Position numbers and translations under genes: made by a program. A DNA stretch of 62,642 nt, counting the filler, from Chrysochromulina tobinii (taxonomy: Eukaryota): NCBI GenBank assembly GCA_001275005.1. It is 7 parts of 7 records of this genome, joined end to end, with 100 filler letters (N's around TTAATTAATTAA, not from the genome) between each part and the next. Parts side by side here need not be neighbours in the genome. Positions count along the whole stretch, not along the records: positions 18,910 to 26,723 come from JWZX01001271.1; positions 26,824 to 31,723 come from JWZX01001274.1; positions 31,824 to 48,638 come from JWZX01001275.1; 4 more parts are not named here. One strand, given 5' to 3'. The notes under the pieces were generated by a model. The model was not told the origin of the DNA. It searched no databases and saw only the letters and a program-made list of their open reading frames with translations. Positions 21,007 to 33,629 of the stretch are shown one piece after another (the first letter of the stretch is position 1; each line of letters opens with the position of its first letter).

Positions 21007-21813
21007 TTAGACACTTTTCGTTTGGACCGCAGCGAGCGCCGTTCGGCGCACGCGCGCCTTGTGGTCCGAGTCGTCCGTGCGTGCGGTCGCCCAGCCCCAT
21101 CGCACCATCTCCGGGGTGGGCGCGCTTTCCGTGAAGAGTGACGTCGCCATGGCATGCTCCATGTATGCATGCAGGGCCATGAATTGGACGGGGATCTCAA
21201 AGCCCTTGAAGGCCTTGCCAGCTACTTTGATGTGGTACAAGGCGGGGAGAAGGAACGCATCCGCCGTCGAGAAGGCCTCTCCGCACGCGTAAGGCTTCGC
21301 GGCCACGGCCAGGTGCGCATCCAATGTACAAAGGTGCAGGAGGAGTGCTTTCTTGAGCTCCGACTCGGCGGCAACATTCTCGGCAGTGAGCGATCCCTCC
21401 TTGCAGCTCTTGCAGTAGCGGGCGAAGGCGCCAAACACGGGCTGCGCGGCTGCCTCGGCTGCCTCAATTCCAGGAAGGCCGCTCAGCGACGGCGGATATC
21501 GCTCATCGAGGAAGGCAGCGATGCGACGGGACTCGGTGATGATGTCAGCGCCATCAACGAGGCATGGCATCTTGCCCTCGTGGTTATCGAGCAGCCACGC
21601 CGGCTTGGCATCTGGCGCGTGCGGGTGCACGTCGACGGGAAGGCCCTTGGCGCCAGCAGCTAGTCGGACTGCGTGGGCAAAGGGGCAGTCGCCGATCGAC
21701 CGTCCATCGGGCCCCGCCTTGACGTGCAGCTGCAGCGCACTCGCTGGCGCGGTTGCGATGGTGATGGCGGCGATGAGGGAGCGGCGGGCTCGTAATGCTC
21801 GGCGCGTGAGCAT
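21007..21813 (-). CDS. DHAR: Dehydroascorbate reductase (GST/DHAR family) with an N-terminal targeting sequence
   Basis: VKAGPDG..IGDCPFAH, KPAWLL...EGKMPCL, ESRRI and ADAFLLPALYHI. Confidence 0.88.
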   Translation of the reverse strand: MLTRRALRARRSLIAAITIATAPASALQLHVKAGPDGRSIGDCPFAHAVRLAAGAKGLPVDVHPHAPDAKPAWLLDNHEGKMPCLVDGADIITESRRIAAFLDERYPPSLSGLPGIEAAEAAAQPVFGAFARYCKSCKEGSLTAENVAAESELKKALLLHLCTLDAHLAVAAKPYACGEAFSTADAFLLPALYHIKVAGKAFKGFEIPVQFMALHAYMEHAMATSLFTESAPTPEMVRWGWATARTDDSDHKARVRRTALAAVQTKSV

Positions 21814-21990
21814 CCAGTCCACACCCCGCGACCCCCCGCGCGACTGGCGTCTGTTTTGCCGTACGACTTTGCATTTGGGAACCCTTTTTCATCACGTAAA
21901 GCCACATCGTCGCTCAACGTAGCGGCGTTCTTGCGTATTCAATTCCGAAAGTTTGACCGATTTCCGCAATCTCGCATTCGAGATTTTTTT

Positions 21991-23057
21991 ATGAAGGTTT
22001 TGCATCACTTCCTCGCGGCATCGGCTGTGCTTTGGTTCGAGCCAGCCCAGGCATATGTCGTCACCAAGCTGCTGAATACGCCGACGACGCGCTTGCAACC
22101 CATGCCTGTCATGCGCGCCAACACCTGCATTCGGATGGCGGACGAGGAGGTGGTGGATGAGGCGGAAGTCCAGCGGCTTCTCGAAGAGATTCGCCTCCGT
22201 GGCGACTTTGATGACGACGTGGCAGCTGTCACAGAGAGCATGGCTGCAGCCGCGCCCCCGACTCCAGCTCGTCCTCCTCCTCCTCCTCCTCGTCCGCCGC
22301 CGCCGCCACCGCCCAAGGTGGCCGCGCCTCCGCTACCCATCGGCCTGGATGCGGAAGAAATGTACATCGACGAGGGTGCGTCGACAGGCTTCAAGATGCC
22401 CGAAATCTCGCTGCCCTCGTTTAGCATGCCCTCCTTTTCGGTGCCCTCTTTTGAAAATCCCTTTCAGAAGGCGGTTCCTGCTCCGAGGCCCAGCTCCAGC
22501 GCCCGACACCACCACCACCACCACGGCCGCCGCCGCCGCCGCCGCCGCCGCCGGTGGCAGTCGCACCGCCGCCGGCTGCGGCGCCGCCTCCGCTGCCGCC
22601 GCCACCGGCTGTCTCGCCCCCCGAGGGGCTGCCCGAGCCAGTCGCCAAGGCGCTCAATGCCGTGCAGCAAGCGGCGGTGAGTGCCGCAGAGAGTGCGATC
22701 GCGAGTGCACAGAAATCGGCGCAGGCTGCCATGGATGAGTTGGCCGCGATGCCGCAGCGCGCGCTCGAGAGCGCCAAGGAGGCGGCGCAGGCGGCCCTGG
22801 ACGAGGCGGCCGCGATGCCGCAGCGCGCGCTCGACAGCACGAGGGAATCGTTGCAGCAGGCGGCAGCCGAGGCCAAGACGAGTGCGCTTTCCCTCCCAGA
22901 CACGCTCACCAAGGCGGCTGCCGCGCAGATCAAGGCACAGGTCCGCAAGGCCCAGTTCCCTGTGGAGGTGGCCAAGGCACAGCGAGACATTAAGAAGGCG
23001 GAGCTCGAGATCTTGAAGGTGAAGGCGCAGCGGGACCTTAAGAAGCTCGGCAAGTGA
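21991..23057 (+). CDS. Signal-peptide-bearing Pro/Ala-rich hypothetical protein; frame break near 22490-22505
   Basis: MKVLHHFLAASAVLWFEPAQA signal-like start; it continues in another frame as a Pro-rich then helical Ala/Gln/Lys segment. The break lies in C-runs. Confidence 0.6.
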
Positions 23058-23620
23058 GGTCGGCCACTCTTGGCCCCTGGGATCAACATGGCCACTCGTG
23101 CCCCGACGTGGCCGCGCCGACCCGACTCTGTGACTGTCGTCCAGCGGCGCGACGTGGAGCATCTCTCGGGTAACTGCCGCGACCATGCGCATGTCGCATG
23201 AAAACGCGCATGTGTGAGGTAGATGTGTGGGAGTGGAAGACCCGCCATACCCGGCTCCCGCCTCCCGGGCGACTCTTCGCTTCTTCCGGAACGTGATCCA
23301 TCGTAGACCTCGAGGTCATGGTTCTAAGGTACTGAGAACACAGTCCGTCATGCTACCCGATAATTTTACTGTTGATTACAGTTTACATCGTCCGGGACCT
23401 CTCTCTTAGCATGAGTGGTGCAGGCCGAGCGTCTTTGGCGCGCCTCAGAGTTCGCTTCAGCTTCAGCTGATCCTCGAAGCTGATCCGAGAGGTGCCGAGG
23501 GGCTTGACTCATGAATGGGAAGGTGTGAATGTGAAGGTGCCTTCAGGGTGCCCTGTACCGGCCGACCTCGCGGGCGCCCTCGTGGGCGCTCTGTGGGCGC
23601 TCACGACAGCGCACAACGTG

Positions 23621-24650
23621 TCATTCTCGCATGCCTGCCGAAACGGCCGCAAGCAGGGCGTCGGCGCTCGCAGCGGCGTCCGGGCGCTCGGCCTTGAGGA
23701 ATGAGCCAAAGTCGGTGAGCATCTGAGCGCGGCAGTTCTCGACGGTCTGAGCGACGTAGTCGTATTTATCCCTCTCGTCAGACATGCGGCTGAACGCATC
23801 CCGATAGCGCTGCTTCGCCTCCCGGAGTGCCTCGAGCAGCTGGAACTCCTCCTCCCCAATCACCTCGGCCGCCCCCCGCGCCGGTGACGCCGCCGCCCGC
23901 GGCCCGCGCAATCGGTCGAGCCTCGCCTTCGTTTCGTCAATTTGGCGCTTGGCGGCGTTGACTTGGGCGCCAAGCGTGCGCACTGATGCCTTGCTCTCGC
24001 GAAGCGCACGCTTGTTCTCGAGGAGGAGCGCGTGCTTGTCCATGCCCGCCGTCTTCTTGAACTCTTCGAAGGCCGAGGCTGCGGTGCTGCTGGCTTCAGC
24101 TGAGTCGACTGGGACCGCTGGAAGAGGTGCGGCGGCGACGTCGGGCGTCCCCAGCCGCTTGACGGCTGCAACCATGTTGGGCAAGGCGAGGCTCTCCGGC
24201 TTGGCGCCCGGTGGCGCCACACCCACTCCAAACCCCTGGCCGCCGCCATCCTCGGCCAATGTGCCCACCATGTCGATGATCTCAACCGGCGGCATTGCCA
24301 AGTCGGTCTCAGCACTCATGCTCAAGCCGCCAGCGCACCGTGGGCACACCGTTTCGACGCTTATACATTTGGTGGCCGCAGCTTGCTGCTGATAAAGTTG
24401 GCGGAACAGCGCGTAATTCTCACGGATTTGGCGTAGCGAGTTCATCTCGGGCTCTGGTCCGTCGCCCTCGCAATATGCCAGCAGCCTCGCCTTCATCTGC
24501 GACCTCGCCTCTGGCGAAAAAGGTCCATACGAGACGTTGTTGCGCCCAGAGAGCGCGTCGTGCATCGCGAGCTCTTTCTTCAGGTGTTTAACCTGCGCCA
24601 ATAGCTTCTTGATCTCACCATCCTTGTCAGAGTTGGTCGCGTTCACTGAC
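23621..24650 (-). CDS. Kinesin-9 (KIF9/KIF6/KLP1-like) stalk and tail; no motor domain visible
   Basis: LKKELAMHDALSGRNNVSYGPF, SLRQIRE, AFEEFK..G...LLENK and EEEFQLL..LREAKQRYR...CRAQMLTDF match the kinesin-9 post-motor and C-terminal coiled-coil regions. Confidence 0.75.
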
Positions 24651-25440
24651 TGCTTCCATCGGATGCGGTTAGGAAGGATGAAGGCGGATGAAGAAAAAGT
24701 GAAGTCAAGTCAGGGCAATGAGGAGGCTCGGGTCTTTGAAACCGCTGCGAAAAAAGTCTCCTTCGGGGCGTGGTCTCGACCTCTCGCGCTCCGTTGCCTC
24801 GCCGTGGCCAGCTGAGGCGTCATGGCCGTTATCACGTCGGGCTGAGCAGCTGGCACCTTGCAGACTGTGTCATCGCTGTGCGCTGACGATCGAGCGCCTT
24901 ATTTTGGTGCTCGCTTCGAGATGGACGGTGCCGCAAACATTCAAGATCGGAGGCGGCTGCTTCTGGATGGGCAACCACCCGGCTCACTTTATGCGGGCTG
25001 CAGTGGTCAGCGGCGCACGCGAGCAGACGTGCCCTCGGCCGACCTCTCTGCAAGTGGGCCCGAGATTAGTCAGCCTGCACATTGACTTGCAGGCATGCGC
25101 CGGCTATGCTCCCGTGCGCACCGTAGTGGAGATGTGCACAGCAGCGGCAGAGTTTGGAGCTTCATCAGGCTGTTGATGGCTCTGGGATCGGCCTGTGGGA
25201 TGTCCTCAACGGACCCGTGGTCGCTGACAGCAGCAGAGCACTCTCAGGCTTCGGCTTGACCGTGTCACATAGTGCTCTTGTGTGCATAATGTAGGTTTCC
25301 GTACTGCAGTGTGCGTCATACGTCGACCACTCTTCATCTTAGGATCGCACACCACTCTATAAGAGACACACCATCGAGAACAGGCGAGAGAATGTGTTTT
25401 GGAGCTCGAATTCTGGAGCTCTGTGGTCACATGGTTCACG

Positions 25441-26312
25441 GGTCGATATTCGAGGCGAAGCCGGATTTAAGCCGGATTTCGATGCCCATCTCCAAAGATC
25501 GTGAGACAGCACATAGCTGGAGGGCCATAGATCGAGGCTAGGGACTATATGGAGTCATACAGCACCGAGAATCACGCCATCACAAGTCACTCTGCGCCAC
25601 TCAGATGTCACATTGTGACCCCGAGTACGGCCTGTGAGGTCGCGCTTTGGTCGCATTTCGGTACTTGGCCATGCAGAGCGACTTGTGATGGCGTGATTCT
25701 CGGTGCTGTATGACTCCATATAGTCCCTAGCCTCGATCTATGGCCCTCCAGCTATGTGCTGTCTCGTGATCTTTGGAGATGGGCATCGAAATCCGGCTTC
25801 GCCTCGAATGTCGACCAACTTATTGTCTAAGGTCAACTTCGATGAATATCTCCAAGGATCGCGAGACAGCACATAGCTGGAGGGCCCTAAATCGAGTCTA
25901 GGGACCGTATGGACTCATACAACACAGAGAATCACGCCAGTACAGGTCACTCTCGCCACTCAGATATCACATTGTGACCCCGAGTACGACCTGTGACGTC
26001 GCGTTTCGGTCGCATCTCGGTACTAGGGGCATGCAGAGCGACCTGTGATGGCGTGCTTCTCGGTGTCGTATGACACCATATGATCCTCAGACTCGATCTA
26101 TGGCCCTCCAGCTATGCACTATCTCTCGATCCTTGGAAATGTGCATCAAATTCCGGCTACGTCTCGCATCTCGAGCTACTTATTGTCTAAGGTCAATTTC
26201 GATGAACATCTCCAAGGATCGCGAGACAGCACATAGCTGGAGGGCCCTAGATCAAGTCTAGGGACCGTATGGATTCATACAACACAGAGAAGCACGCCAT
26301 CCCAAGTCACTG
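25441..26312. repeat. Tandem array of long palindromes (foldback-like), 360-bp period, 2.5 units
   Basis: Arm ...gatcg(t/c)gagacagcacatagctggagggcc... starts at 25497, 25857 and 26217; inverted arms lie at about 25674-25817 and 26033-26157. Confidence 0.92.
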
Positions 26313-27258
26313 TGTTGAGCACATGTATGCACCATGCTCGGGCAGGTCAGTGGAACATGCGGCAAATGTGTGTGATGAAATCGCTCCCAGTCGTATCTAT
26401 AAGTTCCTATGCGCCTCCGGCGCATTGCCGCGCCTCCGGCGCCGCCTCCGGCGGCGCCCTCGGGCGCTCCGCGCCCCCGCGCGCTGCGCGCGCGCCCCCC
26501 CCCAACACGGAAAAATTGCCTCTTTTTTGCTGCACTTTTTTGCCTCGCGGTATTTTCATGTCGATGCTCACAGGCTGGCACATCGACCGCCAAGGCCGCA
26601 GGCGCTACCCTCCCCCACGGGACTATGCGCAGGAGCTCCAGCCGGGCGGTCAGCCGACAGTGTTCGCACCACCCAACTGCTCGGCACGAGCGCGGGTCGG
26701 CTGCGTTGTGATGCTGCCCACGCNNNNNNNNNNNNNNNNNNNNNNNNNNNNNNNNNNNNNNNNNNNNTTAATTAATTAANNNNNNNNNNNNNNNNNNNNN
26801 NNNNNNNNNNNNNNNNNNNNNNNAAAACCTGGTCACACTTGCTGGTATTCCGCAAACCTGGTAACACTTGGTAATCCGCACGTCGTCGCTGGCGCACGCG
26901 GGCCCACTGCCTGCCCCAGCTGCTCGCGCGCGCAAAGGTATCCGTCTGCACTACCGTTGGCCTGGCCCCGAGCGCTGACGCGCACGATCATCGCGCGCTC
27001 CTATGCCCAGCACCGTGCCGCGCGCGCGCGTGGCGCCAGCCCCGCAGCGCCCGCGCCGAGCAATCGTGCATTGGAGCATGGCACACAGGCGACAAGCAAC
27101 ATCGCTGAGCGCGCGCGCGCATGCGGCGAGCCACTCCAGTGCCCGCACGCCGGCGATCGATATTGCGCGACTCATCGCGCGCTACCCGCCCGCCTGCCTT
27201 CCTACGCAGACTACATCCTGAGACTTCAAGACACCGAACCCGAGAGAGCCTCGAGATC

Positions 27259-27950
27259 ATGCTGCGCCTTTTGCTCGTCGCATTACCACTCGTCGTCGCC
27301 TTGCCGGCGGCGTTCGACAAACCGGAGCTCCACGCCTTTCAGTTCGAGGCTCAATCTCCGCTTCAGTTCAAGGTGCGATCTCCGCCCGAGTCCCGCCCTC
27401 TTCGCCCCGCCGCCACGCGAGCTCAACATTATAGCCCCGCCACAGCCCACTCCACTCCGCACGCACACCACCCGCCAAGCGCACACATCACAATGAACGC
27501 GCCGTGGGGCACTAGAATGCGAGCAAGACGATCCACCCCACGATCTACTTCGTCACCAACCTCTTCACAGCCCAAAGACACCAACCCACCACAGGTGTGC
27601 CCCCCAGACCGGCCGGCCGCCACGCATGCGGCGCAGCTTTCGGTCGGCCCTGCCGCTGCGCTGCGCGCGCGCGCGAGGCCGATGCGCATGCTGCAGGCGC
27701 ACGCGCACGAGGCTGCGCGCGCGCGCGATGTCTTCTCCCGCGCCTGCCCGACTCCGTGGACTCCGCGCCCGCCGCGAGGCGCGATGCAACTTGCGCTGGC
27801 CATCGGCACGTGCGAGCGAGCGAGCGCGCCGCCTCGCCTGTTTTGCTGACGGCTTGCGCGTTGCTCCCCCCGGTGCAGGCAGCCGCAGCTGCATGCGGTC
27901 GGGCTCGACGGCTACCACGCCCTCGACATCTCCGCCACGACCGGCAGGCG
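27259..27950 (+). CDS. Possible multi-exon secreted protein (5' exons only; structure uncertain)
   Basis: MLRLLLVALPLVVALPAAFDKPELHAFQFEAQSPLQFK is followed by a GT donor at 27373; small candidate exons lie near 27571-27594 and 27879-27946. Confidence 0.35.
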
Positions 27951-29532
27951 CGACGTCGACACCACGGTCACGAGGATCCGGCCGTCATCACGCCCGCGGG
28001 CACTGCCGCTTGGCCCAGGCGGCGCGAGGCCTGTGCCTGTGAATCCTGTGCCTGTGAGCCGGGCGCGGTCTTCCTCGAGGCTGCGGCCCCGTTGGTGCAC
28101 TGCTCGACCCGCTCACCATCCGAGAACAGCCCCGTCGATTCCGTCCTGGTCATCGGCGCCACGACCGCCACAGCAAGCACCACCTCGGCCTCGTCGGTGC
28201 ATGATCCTCCACCTGTGCACTTGTCTAGACGGCTCTGGCGACGTCGCTGACGGAGATGGAGTCGGATTTAATCATGCTCGAGGCGCCGGCGCTGTCAGCG
28301 CGGCGCGTCGGCGCGCTGATCGACCCCGGCGCGCCCACGGCCACCGAGCCCGGCGCGTGCTCATCGCCGCGCCCCCCGGGTGTACCCCGGGTGTGTGCTG
28401 TCAGCAATGTCTTCGGGCACGGCCGGCGCGGCCTTTGCCCACGCCGGCGCCGCCTCTCGCCACGGGTCCACCACATCACCGCCTCTCGCACGACGACAGC
28501 CCACACTCACCCGTGTAGCGCTCACATTCATTTACACCGCACAAACCACGCACTTACGTCACCTCCTGCCACACTCGCAGCCCGCTTCCAATCCAACGCA
28601 TCCACTCCACCACCCGTGCCCCAGCTGACACGCTTCTCGTGCCTGCGCGCAGCCCTCGCAAGACAAGACCTTCTCGTCGCCCACCGCGGTCGGCGAGACC
28701 CCTGGTTCGTCCTACCAGCTTCATGAGGACAACAACACCTCGGTCGCCGCCGGCCAACGCACTACGCGCGATGAGCCGCTTGCGGTGCGCGCAATCACTG
28801 CACTGCACGAATGCGGGCAAAAGGCCGCCAGCAGCCTGCAGGTTCTCGTTGCCAAGGGGACGCGTGTGGCTATCACGCCATGATCGCCCCTGCCTCCACC
28901 CTCTGCGTGGCATGTCCACGCCACGCAGCCGTGCTCTCCGAATGAGCTCACGGCCAAGCGATGGTACGCGGTAATCCCTCGCCCACAGGCGCATTCTGAC
29001 AAGACGACCGCCACGGCGCTCACCTCGACGGCGACCCAATCGGACGAGACGTACTCGAGCGAGCTCACGACGATCAATGGCAAACTTGGATCGCTCTGCC
29101 ACGAGGGCAACGCATCGGCCGCGTCTTCCGAGCAGGTGATCGCCTGCAGTACGGCATGGCGGCCGCGGCGTGCTGTCTTCGCCGCGCAACGGCCCGTCTC
29201 TCTCAGCACCTCTGGCCGCGGCGACCTCTCTCGCCTCCGCCTAAACATGCCCACCTCCAACGTGCCCGCTCTGGTCGTTGACCCTTGCCGGTCGCCGTGC
29301 CCACGCTCCGCAGACGTGGTCCTACTACGTCGATATCACCGTCTCCATCGCGGTAGATTTCGCCGCCGCGGCTACGGCCGTTGAGTCGTCGGTCGCTGCG
29401 GTCCTCACCTCCGCCGCGGCTGCCACGACCCTGCTCGGCGGCGACCTCAAGTATCGCCTCTCGGGCTACAGCATCGCCATCATCGCCGCGGTTGCCGTGC
29501 TCGCCGCCGTCGCCTTCTGCAGCCGACTGAAA

Positions 29533-31553
29533 ATGACAACGGGTCCCAATCTTTCCGATGGGCCTCTCCGTCCACTCCCGAAACTCTCGACCGCCGTTTG
29601 CCTCTCAACGAGGTTGGCACCGCTCGTTCTGGTGCTCTTGCTTTGTCCCGGGGTTTCAGCGCAATCTGAATTAACGCAATGTTCGTCGTGCGGCGCTTGT
29701 CCGACTACGTATTTCGTAATTCCTGCCTTCCCGTCTGAGTATTACTACAAGACTGACGCCTATCTACAATGCAATACTTGTTCAAGTGTTGCCACAGGAG
29801 GACGAATGTACGTCTACCAAGCATGGGAGTACTACAGTTTCATCTTGTACGCGTACCCTAAATACGTGTGGTTCGACTGCACGACTGGAAAATGGACCCG
29901 ATCTGTCGTTCCCGCTGGTTCCTGCTCACCTAATTACTTGGCCTGTCCTGGGCCTTACCCCGCGGGAACCATGATTGATCCTGCAGCTGTGTGGAGCTCA
30001 TGCCCGTACAGTGGTGCATCGTGCCTCAGACCGCCGCCGCCACCGCCACCGCCACCGCCACCGCCACCGACTTCTTTACCAAAATGTGCGTCGTGCGGCG
30101 TTTGTTCATGGCCTTCTTTTACGAATGCTAACTTCCCGAATGAGGTTTACTATAAGACCAGCGCCTCTATCACTTGCAGTGCTTGTTCAAGTGTTTCCAC
30201 AGGAGGACAAATGTACGTCTACCAAGCATGGAATGATGGTACTGCCCTACCTTGGAATGTGTACGTGTGGTTCGATTGCATGACTGGGATATGGACCCGA
30301 TCTGTCGTTGGTTCCTGCTCTCCTAATATCTATGCCTGTCCTGGGCCTTACCCAACGGGAACCGTGATTGGAGTTCCTGTGTGGAGTTCATGCCCGGACA
30401 GTGGCGCTGCATCATGCCTCAGACCGCCGCCACCGTCACCGCCACCACCATCACCATCGCCACCGCCGCCATATGCCACACCGCCCCCATTGAGGTGCGT
30501 GCCCCTCAGTGCTTGGAATTGCACAGGAAGTCCTGATTACCACAACGATTATCTAATCGGCAGAATTTGGATTGTCACCCCCGCAACCTATCCGTACTGC
30601 TGTGGAGATGAAGGCGGAGGAAGATTTTGCCTAACCCCCGCGGACTGCCCGTCAGCTCCACCGCCACCGTCGCCACCGCCACCGTCGCCACCGTCGCCAC
30701 CGCCGACCTACTTTACCATCACCTCCGGCCCTTGCACCATCAATCCTAACGCCTCGAACTGCATTCGCTCGCCCAACTTTCCGTTTTTTTACGGCTTCAG
30801 CTCCTGCGACATCACGCCGTCTCCTCTCGCCATTGGAAGGCCCCTGACATCGACTTCTTTTCGTACGAATCACCTCGACCAGCTCGGCATACCTGGGCCT
30901 ATCACCCCGTCGGGGCAGCAGTTCAGGTATTTTTTCTCGGGATACTTTTTTTCCCGAGACCTAGTGGAAGGCGGGCCCATCAATTTCATCTTGGGCCCGG
31001 GGACGATTCAATGGAGAACTACTGGCCTCTTTAATCCGCAATCAAGGTGGGGTTGGGAAGTGTGCTCGAATCCGCCGCCGCCGCCAACGCCAACGCCGGG
31101 GATCTACTTTACCGTCACCTCCGGCCCTTGCACCGTCGATCCGAGCGCCCCAAACTGCATTCGCTCGCCTTACTTTCCGTCGTGGTATGGCCACAACCAG
31201 GAGTGCTCCATCACGCCGTCTCCGCTCGCCATTGGAAGGCCCCTGTCATCGACCACCGATCCTACTCCTCCGAATCCGTTTCATTCTTTGGACGACACGT
31301 TTAATTTTAATGTGGCGGACTGCAATTACGATGATGCGGTTTGCGACGTTCTCCGCATACCTAGCTACCCGTCGGGGACGTTGACGAACTTCACAGGAAC
31401 AGGATATGATGACTTCCCGAGAGCCTCGGGCGGTGGTGGTCCTTCTAACTTTCTGTTGGGCCCGGGGACAATCCAATGGTCTTCAGACTCCCGCCGTTCT
31501 GGCTACGGTTGGCGAGTGTGCTCGTATCCGTCGCCGCCGTCGCCGCCGTCGAC

Positions 31554-31587
<34 letters not shown>

Positions 31588-31723
31588 TCGCCATCACGTC
31601 CGCCTCCGCCACCGCCGCCGGTAACGGCGGCGACGCCAATGAGCGTCGTCGGGTTCACCCTTCTGCTCGCCGGCGACGTCTCCTCGTTCACCCCAAGCGT
31701 GCAATCCCAGATGAAGAGCGCGA
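29533..31723 (+). CDS. Extracellular Pro-rich protein with two Cys-rich repeats and two CUB-like repeats; 3' end in the gap
   Basis: Hydrophobic signal LVLVLLLCPGVSAQ; duplicated CxxCGxC..YVYQAW..VWFDC.TG.WTRSVV..CPGPYP; duplicated YFT.TSGPCT....NCIRSP.FP..YG...C.I; separated by (S)PPPP linkers. Confidence 0.75.
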
Positions 31724-31877
31724 NNNNNNNNNNNNNNNNNNNNNNNNNNNNNNNNNNNNNNNNNNNNTTAATTAATTAANNNNNNNNNNNNNNNNNNNNN
31801 NNNNNNNNNNNNNNNNNNNNNNNTTGACGCAAATACATGTTCATGTGGTGGGGGGGGGGGAAAGGGGGCCCCAGAAA

Positions 31878-31948
31878 GTCAGTCAGTCAATTATGTCGCG
31901 GATCCCCCGCGCTCACCACACTCCGTCTCAAAGGACGGCTCCGCCCCC
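31878..31948. repeat. Third member of the dispersed hairpin-arm family
   Basis: gtcagtcagtcaattatgtcgcggatcccccgcgctcaccacactccgtctcaaaggacggctccgc matches the reverse complement of about 6396-6472. Confidence 0.75.
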
Positions 31949-32376
31949 ATCCTCCAATCTGTCATCAGAGATCAGTCAGTCATGCTCTCGACAGGGCGCT
32001 TTCGCGTACTGCCACTGCCTGCCGCCGCAGCGCCGCAGCGAGCCGCCGCCGACGCAGCCGTACTTCAGCTTCGCTCCCTTGAAATGCTCTTCGGACACCC
32101 ACGGCTCGAGGTGCGCCGCAAAATCTAGGTACTAGGTGGAACATGCCTGCCCGTGCTGCGCCCGCCGCCGCCGCGATCACCTCCGGTGTGCTCGCCGCCA
32201 TTGGCATGTTCTCACACGCGACCTCGATCACGAAAGACACGCTGAGGCCCTGCGCGCCGCGCAGGCCGCCGCCGGGTCGAGCAAGCCGTCGGCCGCCATC
32301 GTGGAGTGCTCGCCATCAATTTTGATTTTGGGCTCGACCATGCCGGGCTCGTTGCGCGCGCGGGCGCGGCGTCGGG

Positions 32377-33002
32377 GTTCGCGAACGGCTCGAGCGGAGA
32401 GGCCGAAACCGGGTCTACGAGCTCGGCGGGCGGAGCCGGATCGATTTGAGCCATACGAGCTCGGCGGGCGGAGCCGGATCGATTTGAGCCATCGCGGAGG
32501 CCGGGCGCGTAGCGGGGTCGAGGACGGAGGGGGTCGACATGGAGCTTGGATTTTGATCGTTTTCCCCCCCAAAAGTTTCCCAAATGTTTCCAAAGTTTCG
32601 AAACGGTTTTGGAAACGGTTCCGGAAACGATCTGGTGAGTGCATGCAATATGGTAACCTAGGCAATGATTGAATCCGAGGCCACGGGGCACTTTCTCTCG
32701 ACGTTCTTCTGGGACACCAGCCGCGTGATGGAGTTCGCGAACGGCTCGAGCGGAGAGGCCGAAACCGGGTCTACGAGCTCGGCGGGCGGAGCCGGATCGA
32801 TTTGAGCCATCGCGGAGGCCGGGCGCGTAGGGCGTAGCGGGGTCGAGGACGGAGGGGGTCGACATGGAGCTTGGATTCTGATCGTTTTCCCCCCCAAAAG
32901 TTTCCAAAATGTTTCCAAAGTTTCGAAACGGTTTTGGAAACGGTTCCGGAAACGATCTGGTGAGTGCATGCAATATGGTAACCTAGGCAATGATTGAATC
33001 CG
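32377..33002. repeat. Two ~270-300-bp direct repeats (32377-32676 and 32733-33002) with a 56-bp spacer
   Basis: Both run gttcgcgaacggctcgagcgg...caatgattgaatccg. Copy 1 has an extra internal duplication; both have an AT-rich gtttc/gaaac palindromic core. Confidence 0.9.
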
Positions 33003-33629
33003 CGCAATGAACCCCAATGTGCGCCGTTCGCGCCGTACGCGCAACGCGCTGATTTTCTGGAAGTACCGTGGTGGGGGACTCCAGCACCATCGTATCCACG
33101 CCAATAAGTTCCATGGCCGACCTGCTGAAAACGGAAGGTCAACTGTCGTGATGTAATCGCGGCCAACCGCCGATCCATTCCGCGGCAAGCACGGGTTGAT
33201 CACTTTGGCGTGGAAGTTGTTCGCGGCGCCCGGCCCCACGATCACGATGTGCGGATGTGGAAACCGTGAAATATGTGCATCGCCGAGTAATGGCTCGCCA
33301 TCACATGCTCAATAGGTGCACGGCGCACCGATGAGATGTCATCCACAACAACGGCACCTGGCGCCTTGGCCGCTTTCTGCCATCTTCTGGCGTGAACGTC
33401 ATAGGCGCCAACGATCCTCCCTCCAAATGAGGCACGTCCGTGCAAAAATGGCACAGTATTCCGCTCTGCCAATAGACGTCCACGCAGCCCACCGTCGCCA
33501 CGGCTCAGACTGATCCAGTGTCGCATACTTGTAAATCATGCTGTTGAATCGAACACTGGTGGGGGGAGCCGACGCGAGCAGACCATCCGAACTCACTGAT
33601 CACTTAACACGACACAAGCGCGCTGGAGT

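Noticed and set aside
31975..32342. Janus/PHPT1-like small gene on the minus strand (KIKID...YGCVGGG)
   Set aside because: Only a weak motif resemblance, and it needs a frameshift plus an unverified intron.
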